Notes: generated by a model not told the origin, from the sequence alone. A stretch of 64,000 nt of DNA from Callorhinchus milii (GCF_018977255.1 NW_024704742.1:74836001-74900000), one strand, 5' to 3'; counted from the first letter of the stretch, positions 1 through 13,334 are shown. Made by a program: numbers and translations.

Positions 1-268
1 AGAGTGAGGATGAGGATCTTGAAGTCGTTCCGTTTGGTGATGGGGAGCCAGTGGAGCCTGGCCAGAACTGGTGAGATGTGGGTACAGAGTTTGGTCGGGG
101 TTAGTATGCGGGCGGCAGAGTTCTGAATGAGCTGGATCTTTTGAATAGTGGAGCTGGGGAGACCAGCGAGTAGAGCGTTTGAGTAATCCAGGCGGGAGGT
201 GACAAATGCATGCACGAGTGTTTTGGCTGCATTCAGAGTAACGTACGGTCAGAGGCGGGCAATGTGGC
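1..268 (-). mobile_element. L2 LINE ORF2 C-terminal fragment (runs off the window)
   Basis: Minus strand encodes LVHAFVTSRLDYSNALLAGLP…QNSAARIL…LHWLP, typical of L2-clade ORF2. Confidence 0.9.
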
Positions 269-380
269 AACCAGCGTGATCTCTAAAAGTTACTTCTTTA
301 GTCACGGGTGCTTGGCCTGTTGCCTTAAGATTATCTATCTTTTAAGGTTGTGGATATTTTACCGTATAAAGCTTGTCAAC

Positions 381-705
381 AATAATAATAATAATAATAA
401 TCCTTGCATTTGATATAGCGCTTTTCACGTCGGGAGGACGTCCCAAAGCGCTTCACAGAACACACTGTAAAGTGAATTGACTGTATATTTGTGGGCGAAC
501 GCGGCAGCCAATTGCGCACAGCAATGTCCCACAAACAGTCGTAGATTGAAAATGACCAATTTATTATTGTTTTGTTTTGGAGGGATTATTATTAGGCTCT
601 GTGTGGAGTAAGGAAACTTGCCCAAGGTTTCGCCCTGCCTGGAATTGAACTCAGGTCTCTCGCTTGCAAAGCGAGTGCTCTAATCACTAAGCTACAGGAC
701 TCCAC
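381..705 (-). mobile_element. Full-length young tRNA-derived SINE (DeuSINE type, L2-like tail)
   Basis: tRNA-like head with A and B boxes, body ctgtttgtgggacattgctgtgcgcaattggctgccgcg, stem-loop tail and (ATT)n end; nearly identical to the copies at 56174 and 58233. Confidence 0.95.
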
Positions 706-1036
706 TTACACATCAGAGGAACGATTCACAGAAGTTCAATGAAATTCATCTTCCCCATCAAGAACAGTGAAACTTTTTGGCTACAAACGACAACCTCCTA
801 AAAATAAAGAATAATCCTGTCTTGAGATTTCCACTGGAATTCCAATGGGTATAGCTAACTCAAAACGGAACATCTTGTTCCCTTTGCACAAGCAGTCACT
901 GCAAATTGTATGAAGCTGTCACACTGTCTGAAAATAGTCAATTCTGCAGCTATTCTGAAGTCAAATAGAATTGTTGAAATTATGCATCAAACCACTAAAC
1001 CTTGGGACTTTCTTGTTCCACAAAATATTTTCAGTG

Positions 1037-1412
1037 AAAGCGCCTTGGGATGTCCTCCTGACATGAAAGGCACTCTATAAATGTAATTTTGTTGTTGTTG
1101 AAAGCAGCTTCTTGTGATAGATCAAAAAGGATACTTGTGAAAAATAAAATACCTTACTTAACCCAGTTCTAAACTCGAGGGAACATTTTAAATACCTTTG
1201 ACAAGGTATCCCTTGCCTCCTTCAAGATCTGTCTCAAGACCCGCATCTTCGACCGTGCCTACAGTCACCCTCATACCCCTACCCTCCCCTTCCCTCCCCG
1301 CCCTTCACCCTTCCTGATTCCAACCACCAGCTCGGGTGCGGATCCCTGACTGGCCAGCGCCTTGGGACATCCTCCTGATATGAAAGGCGCTATACAAATG
1401 TCGTTGTTGTTA
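1037..1412 (+). mobile_element. Two L2 3'-end fragments (about 1037-1100 and 1208-1412)
   Basis: Tail agcgccttgggac…tcctcctga…tgaaaggcgctatacaaatg followed by (GTT)n; ORF2 end LASFK…LKT…FDRA. Confidence 0.85.
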
Positions 1413-2098
1413 TTCTTGTGTTGAGATAATTTACCCCTGAATACATTTCTACAGCCGAAATCTCATCTTAGATTCCCCATTCTATGTGACTTTGCCTTTA
1501 AATTTTCCCCACATCATCCTTGTGTCATATTGTTGTTCAACAGGTGGAGAAATTATTTTCTATGAATACCATTATACAAATGTGTCATATTTAAACAAAA
1601 GGGCAGTATAGTTTTCTTACTATTGAAGGTGAAGGCAAGCAATAAGTGCTGAAAACACCCATTTAAGGCAGGTTTTATGGCAATCACCCGATGCTAAATT
1701 ATTAAACTGTTAACAAACATCACAAAAGTAACTTTGTTCTCTATCCCTGGAGGAGGTTTGATATTCAGTTGCTGGGATGCAGTCTCTTACCCTCCAGTGT
1801 ATGAGTAGGGTCTGACCTAATCTGATTGTACAAGGCATACCAGGGGGCTGAGTGCTTGAACTGTTTATCTCCTGCATTGTTTTCATGTAAATATGAGTCA
1901 TGTCCTCATTTTATCTCGTGAATATCCGGTGGTTTTGGCAGAATCATTCGTTCAAGTCCTGAATGATCCAGACTCACTGACTCCAGCTCCATGTCTGACA
2001 GCAAGCAGATGATGGCAACCATTCTGTTAGGAAGACACAGACAGGAGATTTTACTGCATATTTCCTGCAGCAGGAAAGTGGAAACATCGAGGCAAATA

Positions 2099-2537
2099 CA
2101 ATAACAACAACAAAATTACTTTTGTATAGCACCTTTCACATCGGGAGGACGTCGCAGGGCGCTGGACAACAACTTGCACTTACATAGCGCCCTCCACGCA
2201 GGGTAGCGTCTCAGAGTGCTTAACAGTGGTGGGTCTTGACTCCGAGCTGGGGGTAGGGGGCAGGTGGCCATGAGCATGGTCGAAGAGAAAGGTTTTCAGG
2301 CGGGACTTGAAAGAGGGGAGAGTGGGGGCAAAGCAGAAGGATTGAGGGAGGGTGTTCCAGAGTTTTGGGATGTAGTGACTGAAAGCGTGACTCCTGATGG
2401 TGGGGCGAAGGGTGCGAGGGACGAGCAGGAGGCCGGCACCAGTCGAGTGGAGGTGCCAGGTGGTGGATTGGGGAGTGAGGAGGTCGGAGAGATAGGGAGG
2501 TGCCAGGGAGTGAAGGGATTTAAACATGAGGAGATAG
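2099..2537 (-). mobile_element. L2 3' fragments of two subfamilies, adjacent
   Basis: ORF 2180..2545 FKSLHSLAPPYLSDLL…LWNTLP…FKSRLKTFLF; two different (CAA)n-led tails near 2099 and 2167. Confidence 0.9.
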
Positions 2538-2587
2538 AACACCATTCTGTATAATAACTCAGGACATGCTGCCAGACTTTTTCTACA

Positions 2588-2766
2588 TTACAACAACAAC
2601 AACAACAAGATTCCATTTATAAAGCGCCTTTCACGTCAGGAGGACGTCCCAAGGCGCTGCACAGTTGGGTCATGACCCGAGCAGGGGGGAAATGGTCAGG
2701 GTGAGGGGAGGGAGGGAGCGAGAAGGGGGAAGAGAGTCGAGAGGGGAGCTGAAGGCTCGGTCAAAG
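2588..2766 (-). mobile_element. Young L2 subfamily 3' end
   Basis: (CAA)n gattccatttataaagcgcctttcacgtcaggaggacgtcc…; near identical to 24128, 42213 and 48114 copies. Confidence 0.9.
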
Positions 2767-2839
2767 CTGATACATTAAGCTGATAACTGGACTCACATGA
2801 TCACAAGATTGGATGTTCAACATGCTCATTTGAACACCT

Positions 2840-4300
2840 TAATCTTTACATTTCCACCCTTCTATCCTCCCTCAGCCTCTGCTCTGACCACATCCTCATT
2901 CTGAGCAACTTCAATCTTCTCTTCACCCCTTCTTTCTCCACCTCTGCTGACTTCTGTTCCTTCCTCTCTTCTCTCAACCTTTACCTCCACATTAACTCCG
3001 CCTCCGCCCTCTCCCTTCTCCCAGCTCCACATCCTTTTCCCCCTGTTAACTGACATCCTCAACCTCTTTTTGTCTGCTTCCACAATTCTCATCCCCTACA
3101 AAATAGTTGTCATCACCCCATTCCCCCCAAAACCTTTAACTCCAACCTCCATCCCATTTCCAACCTTCCTTTCCTCACCAAAGTACTGGAAAGAGTCATT
3201 GCTTCCCAGGTTTACTCTTTCCTTTCCCTGCACTCCCTACATGAAACCTGCAATCTGGGTTCTGTACTGCTACAGACTGCCTTGGTCAAAGTCACAAATT
3301 ACATTCTCACCATCTGTAACCAGGGCTGTTTATGCCTCCTTGTCCTCCTTTACCTGTCTGCCACCTTCGACATGGTCAACTATTCTATCTTTCTTCACCG
3401 CCTCTCCTCTCAGCTCCACCTTCCTGTTTCTATCCTTTCCTGTTTTCTTTCTTACCTATCCCAATGCCTCCATTTTGTATCTGTCAACAGCTTCTCCCTG
3501 CCTCGCACCATCACCTGCGGCGTTTCTCAGGGCTCTACCCTTGGTCCTCTCCTCTTTAATATTGATAGGCTCTGGTTCAGCAATATCATCCGCAGACATA
3601 AGGTTAACTTCCAAATGTATGAAGATGACACCCATTCTATCTCTCTGTCTCCACCCTTGATTCCATGACATGACAGATGCTGTCCTAACCAATTACTTGT
3701 TGGACATCAAAGTCCTGGATTAGAGCTAACTTTCTCTCATCTTTCTCCAGGAAAGACAGAGGCTCTCCTGCTTCTCGCCTATGCCGCCATCTCTTCTGAG
3801 GCCGCCGATACCCTGATCCATTTGCTTTTATCATTTCCAGGTTTGACTATGCTAACTCTCTGCTCACTGGATTTCCAATTCTTTCCTACACAAGCTGCAG
3901 ACACAGAGGTACAGAATTATCTAGATCATTTCCTCTCCTGCCCCAGGCTCCACAAGTGTGTCATCCTCATCTTCATTCCCCTGCATTAGATTTCCATCCC
4001 CCAGTTCAAGATCCTTGTTCTTACCTTTAAATCTCTCCATGGTCTCTCTCCATCCTATCTCTGCAACCTCCTTCAACTATACTGACCCAGATTTCCTCTG
4101 TTCAGCCTCAATCATGTCCACAGCCCTGTCTACCCCACCATTGGCAGGCGGGCTTTCAGATGTTCCTCTTCACCTCATTTGACCACAGTTTGGGTCATCT
4201 TTTCCCTCCCCACCCCCCTCAGCTCCTACCCACAATTTGGATGCTCACCCAGCACTGTGAATGCACTTTGGGATGTCCTTCCAATATATAAATGTAAATT
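2840..4300 (+). mobile_element. Degenerate L2 LINE (RT domain to 3' tail)
   Basis: Broken frames with LLYLSATFDMV, CGVSQGSTLGPLLF, QMYEDDT (degenerate YADD) and an L2 tail near 4260-4290. Confidence 0.9.
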
Positions 4301-4554
4301 GTATTTTTCAGTATCAAACAATTCAGAATTGTGTCAGAAAAAATATGCACAATGTAAGTAACCTTTACCGCTGTGAATCACTTTATGGAAATTGGTTCCT
4401 GAAAATGGAGTTGTTGGACAGGTGGAGAGGAGTGGATTTGGAATATGGTCACTCACGGGAAGTGTCAACATTCTATTGAAGACATGTCTGTGCCCTGGCC
4501 CAGTGTGGTTAGAGGATACCTGTAGATACCTGCCAGCAGAAATGTAAGTTAGTA

Positions 4555-5374
4555 AATCATTGAATCATAGAATTATACAGCACAGAAGAAGGGCAATCAG
4601 CCCATTATATCCGTGCGTGCTCTTTGAAAAGAGCTATCCAAGTCAATCCCATTGCCCCACTCTCTCCCATAGCCCTGCAAACTTATCCTCCCTAAATAAT
4701 TATCTACTTCTCTCTTAAACGTTGTTATCGAATCGGCTTCTGCCACCCTTTTAGGATTCCAGATCCAAACAACTCGCTATGTGAAAAAATTTCTCAACTC
4801 CCCGCTGTTTCTCTTAGCAACTATTTTAAATCGGTGCCCTCGGGTTACCGACAAACCCTCCAGTGGAAATAGTTTCTCCTTGTTCACCCTAATGAATCAT
4901 CTGATAATTTTGAAAACTTCTATTAAGTCTCCTCTTAACCTTCTCTGCGCCAAGGAGAATAATCCCAGCTTCTCGAGCCTCTCCTGATAACTGACGTCCC
5001 TCACTCCTGGCACCATCCTGGTAAATCTCCTTTGCACCCTCTCCAATGCCTTGACATCCTTCCTAAAGTGTAGTGCCCAGAACTGAACACAGTACTCCAG
5101 CTGAGGCCTTACAGTGTTTTATAAAGGTTCATCATAACTTCCTGACTTTTGTATTCTATGCCCCTATTTATAAAGCCTGGTATCCCGTACGCTTTTTTAA
5201 CAGCTTTATCTACCTGCCCTGCCACCTTCAAAGATGTACCTATTTGAACCCCCAGGTCTCTCTGTTCCTTCACCCCCTTTATGATTGTACCATCAGCTTA
5301 TATTGCATCTCCTCATTCTTCCTCCCAAAATGCATCACTTTGCATTTCCCCACATTACATTTCATCTCCCACGT
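4555..5374 (-). mobile_element. CR1 LINE 3' fragment
   Basis: WEMKCNVGKCKVMHFGRKN motif; 3' end with (TTCTATGA)-type 8-bp repeats. Confidence 0.9.
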
Positions 5375-5411
5375 ACTTGAGTTAAATACAAAATACATGT
5401 CACCCACAAAA

Positions 5412-5649
5412 TAAATAAATAGGAATCCGGTTGTTAGTCGATTGGCAGATCGCTTTTCCGGGGCTAATATATCCTTAAAAAAAAATTCACTCAATCCACG
5501 ACTGTTTGTAGTACACTGATGTGTGCAATTGGATGTTTCGTCCACAAAATATATAGTGAATTCACTTTACAGTATATTCTGTGAAGCACTTTGAGACGTC
5601 TTGAAGACATGATAAGGCGCTATCAAATGCAAGGATTATTATTATTATA
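5412..5649 (+). mobile_element. 5'-truncated SINE (long subfamily)
   Basis: Body and tail match the 381-705 SINE; carries the extra aataggaatccggttgttagtcgattgg segment. Confidence 0.85.
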
Positions 5650-5650
5650 A

Positions 5651-5757
5651 GATAACTGAGTTGGTAGATCCTGAGTTAGTAGATATATTAGTTAGTAGAT
5701 ACATGACTCAGTAGATACGTAAATAGTAGATCCATGAGTTAGTGAATAACTGAGTCC
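5651..5757. repeat. Degenerate ~16-bp minisatellite
   Basis: About 6-7 units resembling gagttagtagatacat. Confidence 0.7.
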
Positions 5758-6979
5758 TTCCTTGTTTCTCACCTGCAAAGCATTTCTATTAATGGACTTT
5801 AAATCACACAGAGTCCAGTTGAATGTAAGCTGTGACAAGGGCAGGGACCTTAGAAGAATGTCTCTTGTGCTTGCTGAGACCTGCAAAATTGGTGTTGGAG
5901 ACCCAGGAGATGTGCTCAGACATTTCAACCCTGACTCGGTAATCGATGGAAACTCCACACTTCATCTTCTGTGTTCACAAAACAAAGTTCCAATTGTTTC
6001 CAGGAGAGAGTTGCATAGAAAGGGAAAGGACTACCTGAAACTTGTGTTAGCATCAGACATTAGGATTGATAGGTGATGGAAGTGGAACAGAGCACCCAAT
6101 GGCTTATTATGCTTCTCAGACAAAATCCTGCCAAGGTTTGCAGCCTGTAACACCATGACCTTGGAAGGATAGTTGTACTTGGATTTCCTATAGTGTCTTG
6201 TAATGTGGAAAATGCTAAACACAATGAGTTACTTTGAGATACAGTAGCTTTTCTTAACTAGTCAAATACATAATTTGCACCAGCAGCATCACATAAGCAG
6301 CAATGAAGTGAAAAACATTTTTTGGTGGTTCTGTTCTAAAATTGTACAAGAGCAGAGAATTAGAATTAGTCAGTAAGAAACATAGCCTCAATAGGTCTCC
6401 TGTGCTGAGGAGGAAAATGAGCCAGAAATCTGTACTCTTATTTGAAATATTACAAAGAGATATTTTAACCTCCCACAACATTGCCAAAGCAGTTATTCCT
6501 GTGTTCTGAAAGCCCATGTAAATATTTTAAAGCAAGTTTGCATGCTGAAGCATTGAGAACTGGCCTGCCTCTACATGTAGTTTTTAACACTGCACAGCCT
6601 AAATGGAAAGAGAATTGCACAAAACAACTATTGAGCTCAGCATACCAATTCATCCTCCCTGTGTGTCAACCATCATTAAATTCCTCCAGCATGAAAGCAC
6701 TAAGATTTTCAGCTAAAGATTAACTTGACAGGTTATGAACAAGATGTGCTGTCGTTTTGTATACATTAAGAGCTTGTGCAATATTTCTGATTATAAGTGG
6801 TAATCGCTTTGCCGACAGGTTGGGATAAAAAGCATTGTGCACCCAATTATTTTGCTTATTGTGTTTCAAAAAGAAAGTCTAGAATGAAGAAAGTATTCAG
6901 TATATTTCTTCCACACACCAGGTACAATGGGTTTGTACCTTCTTAACTCACCCCCTCTCTCTGAGGGGAGAACTCTGCA

Positions 6980-7040
6980 CAGATACCCCCTGACTCCTGC
7001 CCAGATACCCCCTGACTCCTGCCCAGATACCCCCAGATAT
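6980..7040. repeat. Short tandem repeat (~22-23-bp unit)
   Basis: cagataccccc(c)tgactcctgcc twice plus a partial third unit. Confidence 0.8.
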
Positions 7041-7072
7041 ATCTACACACCTCATATTGTGACACTGACCCT

Positions 7073-7235
7073 ACAACAACAACAACAAGATTACATTTAT
7101 AGAGCGCCTTTCACATCGGGAGGAAGTCCCTAGTCAGTTGTGCAAAGAGTACAGTTGGTTTCCCCAGGCCCAGCAGCACAACAATAACAACTTGCACTTA
7201 TAAAGCACCCTCCACGCAGGGTAGCGTCTCAGAGC
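7073..7235 (-). mobile_element. Two isolated L2 3' tails
   Basis: (CAA)n tails near 7073 and 7178 matching the two L2 tail types seen at 2099 and 2167. Confidence 0.75.
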
Positions 7236-7378
7236 TCACAAGCTGGTTGGCAGACAGATCTACCACCGTGGTAAGAAATCTTGGGGTCATCTTATAATAC
7301 TGGTGGTATTGATAAACTGCAGCAGATCTTAATTCATCAGTTTTCAATTTCAATTCTTTATTTGTCTCCACGAACAAC

Positions 7379-8300
7379 CATAAGAAGATAAGAACATAAG
7401 AACATAAGAATTAGGAGCAGGAGTAGGCTATTCGGCCCTTCGTGCCTGCTCCGCCATTCAATAAGATCATGGCTGATCTTCTCAACTAACTCTGATTACC
7501 TGCCCTATCCCCATATCCCCTAATCCCTCTATTTTTCAAGAATCTATCAGTCTCAGCCTTGAAAATGTTCAAGGACTGAGCATCTACAGCCTTCTGGGGT
7601 AGTGAATTCCATAAGTTCACTACCCTCTGAGTGAAGAAATGTTTCCTCAACTCTGTTCTAAGAGGCTGACCCTTAATTTTAAGACTGTGACCCCTGGTTA
7701 TAGATTCTCCTACCAGGGGAAACAGTCCCTCTGTGTCTACTTTATCAGCCCCTTAAGAATCTTATATGTTTCAATAAGATCCCCCCTAATTCTTCTGTAC
7801 TCTAGAGAATACAGCCCTAGTTTATTCAGCCTATCCTCATAGGTCAGTCCCCTCATCCCAGGAACTAACCGAGTGAATCTACGCTGCACCCCCTCTAGGG
7901 CAAGTATGTCCTTTTTTAAATAAGGACCAAAACTGCACACAATACTCTAGGTGCGGTCTCACCAAGGCCCTATACAGTTGCATCAAAACTTCCCTACTCT
8001 TATATTCTAAACCTTTCGAAATGAACGCTAACATGCCGTTCGCCTTCTTAGTTGCTTGCTGCACCTGCAAACTAACTTTTTGGGACTGGTGTACAAGGAC
8101 ACCCAAATCCCTTTGAATACTAACACTATCTAACTTCTCCCCTTCCAGAAAATAATCTGTTCTTTTATTCTTGCTACCAAGGTGAATAATTTCACACTTG
8201 CTAACATTGAATTCCATCTGCCACCTACTTGCCCACTCCCCAGCCTATCTATATCTTGTTGCAATCTTTTTGCATCATCCTGAGAGGTCACTCTGCTACC
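7379..8300 (-). mobile_element. CR1 LINE 3' fragment
   Basis: ORFs 7879..8217 (MEFNVSKCEIIHLG…RPHLEYCVQFWS) and 7737..7940 (LEGVQRRFTRL…RGDLIETYKIL); (TTCTTATG)n tail. Confidence 0.95.
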
Positions 8301-8393
8301 TACCAAGACAACAACAAATTGCATTTATACAGCAGGAGGAAGTCAAATAGCGCGAATTTTGAAAATTAAAAACGTATCGCTTGGTTCAGATAA

Positions 8394-8605
8394 ACAACAA
8401 CAATAACAAATTGCATTTATATCACGTCTTTCACGATGGGAGGACATCCTAAGGGGCTGGACAGTGAAGGTTTGCAACCGAGCTTGGGTGTGGAATCAAG
8501 AGTGGTGGAGAGCAAGGCAGGTGAGGGTGGGAGAATGACCAAAGGCACGGTCAAAGAGGAAGTGTTGAGACAAACCTTGAAGGAGGCAAGGGAGAGGGCA
8601 AGGTG
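8394..8605 (-). mobile_element. L2 3' end
   Basis: (CAA)n tail plus ORF2 end. Confidence 0.8.
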
Positions 8606-8894
8606 GGGGTTTGGGGTGGGGGGGTGGTGGGAAGGGAAGATCTTTCAGATGCTGCAACCTATCTACCAGAGTTACAGCAATACTCCCAAGACTGCTAATA
8701 ACTCAAATCAAAGTGACAATAGCCATGAGCAGGTGAGTCACTGCCATCAGTTTGTATTCTTGGCCAGCTTCAGGTTGTAGCTTGCATTTAATAAGGTGTG
8801 GAAGTGCTGTTTCTGCAGAACTCTGCCAAGAGTCCTAGGTTATAAATTTCGGAAAGAAGAATAAGGATTTCTTCCAAAGAATAACATGGAAAAA

Positions 8895-9280
8895 TCTTTC
8901 AAGCTGAGAAGGCAGGTGGACAAAGCTATCAAAGAAAGCAAACGGAATCCCAAGTTGTATAAGTAGAGTATAGAACATAAAACCTATACTCTACAAACTC
9001 AAATGCAAGGATTATTAGTATTAGTAGCGTGAACCAAAGAGGTAATGCCAAACTTATATAAATGTAAGTTGGACCTCAGTTAGAATATTGTGTCCAGTTT
9101 TGATCACCCCACTCCAGGAATAATGTTAAGGCAATACATTTACAGAGCACACAATCTGTCAAGAAACAGATGATTTATTGGGATGATGCCAGGGATGAGC
9201 AATTTGAACTTTGAGGGGAGACTGGGGGAACTTGGACTTTTTCCTTTGGAACAAAGAGGGTTGAGGGGTGACCCTAACTG
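8895..9280 (+). mobile_element. Old CR1 fragment
   Basis: Degenerate RPQLEYCVQF and LGLFPLEQRGLRGDL motifs. Confidence 0.75.
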
Positions 9281-9369
9281 ACTCAGCAAAGGCCCTTCAG
9301 AATTCTCATGTTTTTCATCCATCAGGTATTTAGGAGCATTCAATATGGGTCAAATATCCAGCAACTGAG

Positions 9370-9935
9370 ATCATTCATGCTTACATCACTGACTTCCAGC
9401 TTGACCACTCTGCTTACTGGACTCCCCAGATCTTCCCTAAACAAGCTGCAATCTATTCAGAATTCTGCAGCTCATGTCCTCTCCCACCCCAGTCTCCGTG
9501 AGCCTATCATCCCCATCCATGCTTGACTCCACTGGCAACGCATCTCCAGCAGATCAATTCTTCAAATTCAAGATGCTTGTTCTCACATTCAATTGACCCC
9601 CGACCCTCCCCTACCCTATTTCTGTGACCTCTTACAACCCTCTCTCTGCTAGGCAAACATTGGGCTGCTTCAGGCCCCACACCTTATCCATCCCACCATC
9701 AGAGAGCAAGTTTTCAGCCATTTTGCCCTTCCTCTCTGGAACTCCAGAGTCCCTCCAAGTGACTCCTTCCCTCACCTTGTTCAAGGTCCATCACAAAATC
9801 TACTTCTTTGATCGCACTTTCGGTCATCTTATTCCTACCCGTGCCCTCAGCTCCCACCCCCAGCTTAGGTATTGCAGCAGTGTGAGGTGCTATGAGATGT
9901 CCTCCTGACATGAAAGCTGCTTTATAAATATAAAT
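9370..9935 (+). mobile_element. Old L2 3' fragment
   Basis: LLTGLPRSSLNKLQSIQNSAAHVL motif; tail near 9890-9930. Confidence 0.85.
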
Positions 9936-12042
9936 GATATTATATTGAATCCCTCCACATATCTTGAAGGATATTCTTGACTTGTTAGTGAGAAACAATC
10001 ATTCTTTTAGTGATTTTTGCAAGAAGACCACTGGATCTAGAAATAGGATTTGAGAGTTCGCTGTTCAGACATTTTGAAGAGCTACCTTTTATTGAAGCAA
10101 TGCATCTGCTGCTGGTGTTTTTGGAATCAGAGCTGCTGGTTTGTCTCAATCCATTGTGTATGTGGTACATTTGTTTTTGGTCAGCGGGGAATCTGACACA
10201 CCATGAAACCCATTACCAGGCTTAAGAGTTTTCGAATTAGACACATATCCACATATGCACGTCCCTCACATATGGATAGTCATTGGCCATTTGATATCCA
10301 ACATACACAGGTTTGAGTCCTTATGAGGTGTATAGTAGGTACCAAGAACTCCCTGCAAGTGTCCCGACTGAGCAGCACAGCTCAGCATGAAATATTGTAC
10401 ACTTTAAAACAATATAATATATGATAATAATCCTTACATTTGATAAACATCTTATCACAAAATGTCTCAATTTTGCGGGCAGCATTAAATATGTTTTAAA
10501 CATTTTAATATTTTGTTCAGGGAAACAACATTGAAATATTTTTATGTTTTGTTCAGAGAAAGACATCAATAGAAATGTACTGGTATTATTTGCAACTCTT
10601 CCAATGGCAATGGCTTCTGACGTTTGTCTGATAGGATGATCTGTTAAAGAGCTGCACCTCACTGCAGAGAACTGACTTTTGTCTAAAAGAGTATTGTGGA
10701 CGACAGCTACAAAGCTGAAAGTAAAGTTTCACTTAAAGGAACATGTATTCCAATCTACCTGGACAGAAGGGACCTCAGTTTAATATCTCATGCAAAGGAC
10801 AAGAAGTTTCAATGTATTTTAATGTGATACAATATGTGATAAATATAGTAATATATATTCTTACCGTTTGTTATATATTACATTGGAGCAGGACTATTCA
10901 TGCTGGGGAGCTATATATATGCTCTGAAGAAGCTTGTTCCATTCTCCAAGATTTGCCTTTGAAGGTTGTCAGACAGTCCACTCCACGTAAACATTCGAGG
11001 CAAGATTCCCTGTCGTGACCAAGTGAGAGAATTCTAGTAGTGTAACAGTTCAATTACATTCAGGAGAACGAGTTCAAACAGGCGGATGTGGAAAGCTTTT
11101 GTGAATAAATCAAGTGTTATCTTTCTGGGATATCTGAGCTCTAATATAATTATGCAATGATGTAGAACCTATGGATTTATTTTATTCTAACCTGCACTTG
11201 ATCTTGAAACAAAACAGATGAATGTTTCACCATGCAGTGGTGCAATTCCGTTCTGCTGCTCAGATGCCCATTAAGACTGCAACAATAGTGGCACTTCTGG
11301 CCTTGGCACTAGCTCTGATTGAATCTGACTAAATAAATCAAAGTACTATGAATGTCAGGCAGCAAATGCATTTTTCATCAGTAAGTGATTTTTTTTTCAT
11401 GCTTAGGAAGACAGCTATAATATAATGTGACTCATGCGCTTAAACTGCACATTGCTTCCTCTGCTGTCCTTGAATGACAAAGTGACAATGATAGATGTGC
11501 TTGCAATTTTCAATCCAGTTTTGCTAAATTCCATTCAGTGTTAAGATGCATATTTAAAGTAATTTCAATTGATTGGAGAGAAAACTCTCTACTTCTAGTG
11601 TTAGGCAGACATTGGAAAATCTTTTAGTAAAAATATTACAGGCAGGAAGGAACTTAACTCCTCCTGGTCTCCAAAGTGTAATGTCTACATCAGCTGACAA
11701 AGTACTTTTCCCTTTGAGCAATGAGCTAAGACGGGTCTACCACAACCCTATCTATGCCACCGAATTGAAGCAGCCAGTTCTTTTCATGATTGATGAATCT
11801 AACTTGATCTTTGCTAAATTGAGGTAGTATATCCTGAGGGGTGTATTTGTGCAGACCAAGAAATGTACAACAATTGTGAATGATTGTGACCGCTTGTCAT
11901 TAAGGGACAGGTGTTTTCCCATCACACAGCAGCAATGCCTCTTGTCCCCAAAGGAATCATTGACTTCAAACATCCAAACTAATTGAAGAACAGAACACAA
12001 GATCTTGTCCCACATTAACAAAGTTCTTCTGCACAGCCTGAG

Positions 12043-12257
12043 TATAACAATAATCCCTCCAAAAAACAAAAACAATAATAAATTGGTCATTTTCAATCTA
12101 CAACTGTTTGTGGGACATTGCTGTGCGCAATTGGCTGCCGCGTTCGCCCAGAAATATGCAGTCAATTCACTTTACAGTATATTCTGTGAAGCGCTTTGGG
12201 ATGTCCTCCCGACGTGAAAAGCGCTATATCAAATGCAAGGATTATTATTATTATTAT
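12043..12257 (+). mobile_element. 5'-truncated young SINE
   Basis: Matches the 3' two-thirds of the 381-705 SINE; (ATT)n end. Confidence 0.9.
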
Positions 12258-12451
12258 GACCCTTGAAAACAATCTAAACTCAATTAATTTAGCAATGCAG
12301 CCCAGTATCCTCTTTGAATTCTTTTTAATGTCTCACACTGCGTTAACATAGTGAGCCATGAGTCAATTAACATCCATCTCCTTCAGTTTCTCGTGTGACA
12401 ATGTTTATCTCATCCATGGAGTACATATGTCTCCTGTTCTTGCATCCTATA

Positions 12452-13127
12452 TGTGTAGCTTAGTGGTTAGAGCACACACTCTGCAAGTGAGAGGACCTGG
12501 GTTTGATTCCTGGGCAGGGCGAAACATTGGACCAGTTTCCTTACTCCAAACACTTCTGTTTACCTAGCAGTAAATAGGAATCTGGTTGTTAGTTGATTGG
12601 CATATTGCTTTTCCGGTGGTAATATTCCCTTTAAGAAAATTTTGTCACTCAATCCACTATTGTTTGTGGGACACTGCTGTGCACAATTATAATAATAATA
12701 ACAGTCCTTGCATTTGATATAGCACTTTTCATGTCTTCTAAACGTCTCAAAGTGCTTCACAGAATATACTGTAAAGTGAATTGACTGTATATTTGTGGGC
12801 AAAACGCGGCAGCTAATTGCGCATAGTAGTGCCCCGCAAACAGGTGTAGATTGAAAATGACCGACTTATTATTGTTTTGTTTTGGAGGGATTATTATTAG
12901 GCACGTGGAGTAAGGAAACTTGCCCAAGGTTTCGCCTGCCTGGAATTGACCCCGGGTGTCTTGCTTGCAAGGCGAGTGCTTTAACCACTGAGCTACACGA
13001 CTCCCAATTGGCTGCTTCACCCACAAAATATATAGCCAATTCACTTTACAGTATATTCTGTGAAGTGGTTTGAGATGTCTAGAAGACGTGGTAAGCCCCA
13101 CTATATCAAATGCAAGGAATATTATAA
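12452..13127 (+). mobile_element. Long-subfamily SINE split by a nested antisense SINE
   Basis: Head and body at 12452-12688 resume at 13005 (caattggctgc) and run to the tail. Confidence 0.9.
12689..13004 (-). mobile_element. Full-length short-subfamily SINE nested in another SINE
   Basis: Complete head-to-tail copy flanked by a CAATT duplication (12684-12688 and 13005-13009). Confidence 0.92.
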
Positions 13128-13334
13128 TTTGTGTAGTACCTTGATTATATTCGTATTGAACTTCATTTGTCAGTTACCTGCCCTCTGTTTGCAGGACATG
13201 TGCTGCTTCCTCTGATTCTACAGTTCTCCCTTTAATATAAGAGCACATGCCAATGAAATGACATATATACAATATATACAATAAATGTATACAATACTAT
13301 ATATTATTATATTATATTAATATATACAATAAAT

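Noticed and set aside
5651..5757. CRISPR-like repeat-spacer array (also considered for 54168-54375)
   Set aside because: Units are contiguous degenerate tandem repeats without unique spacers, in vertebrate DNA with no cas genes.
11643..11823. Open plus-strand stretch with an NPIY motif
   Set aside because: Poor splice sites and no recognisable protein; within chance expectation.
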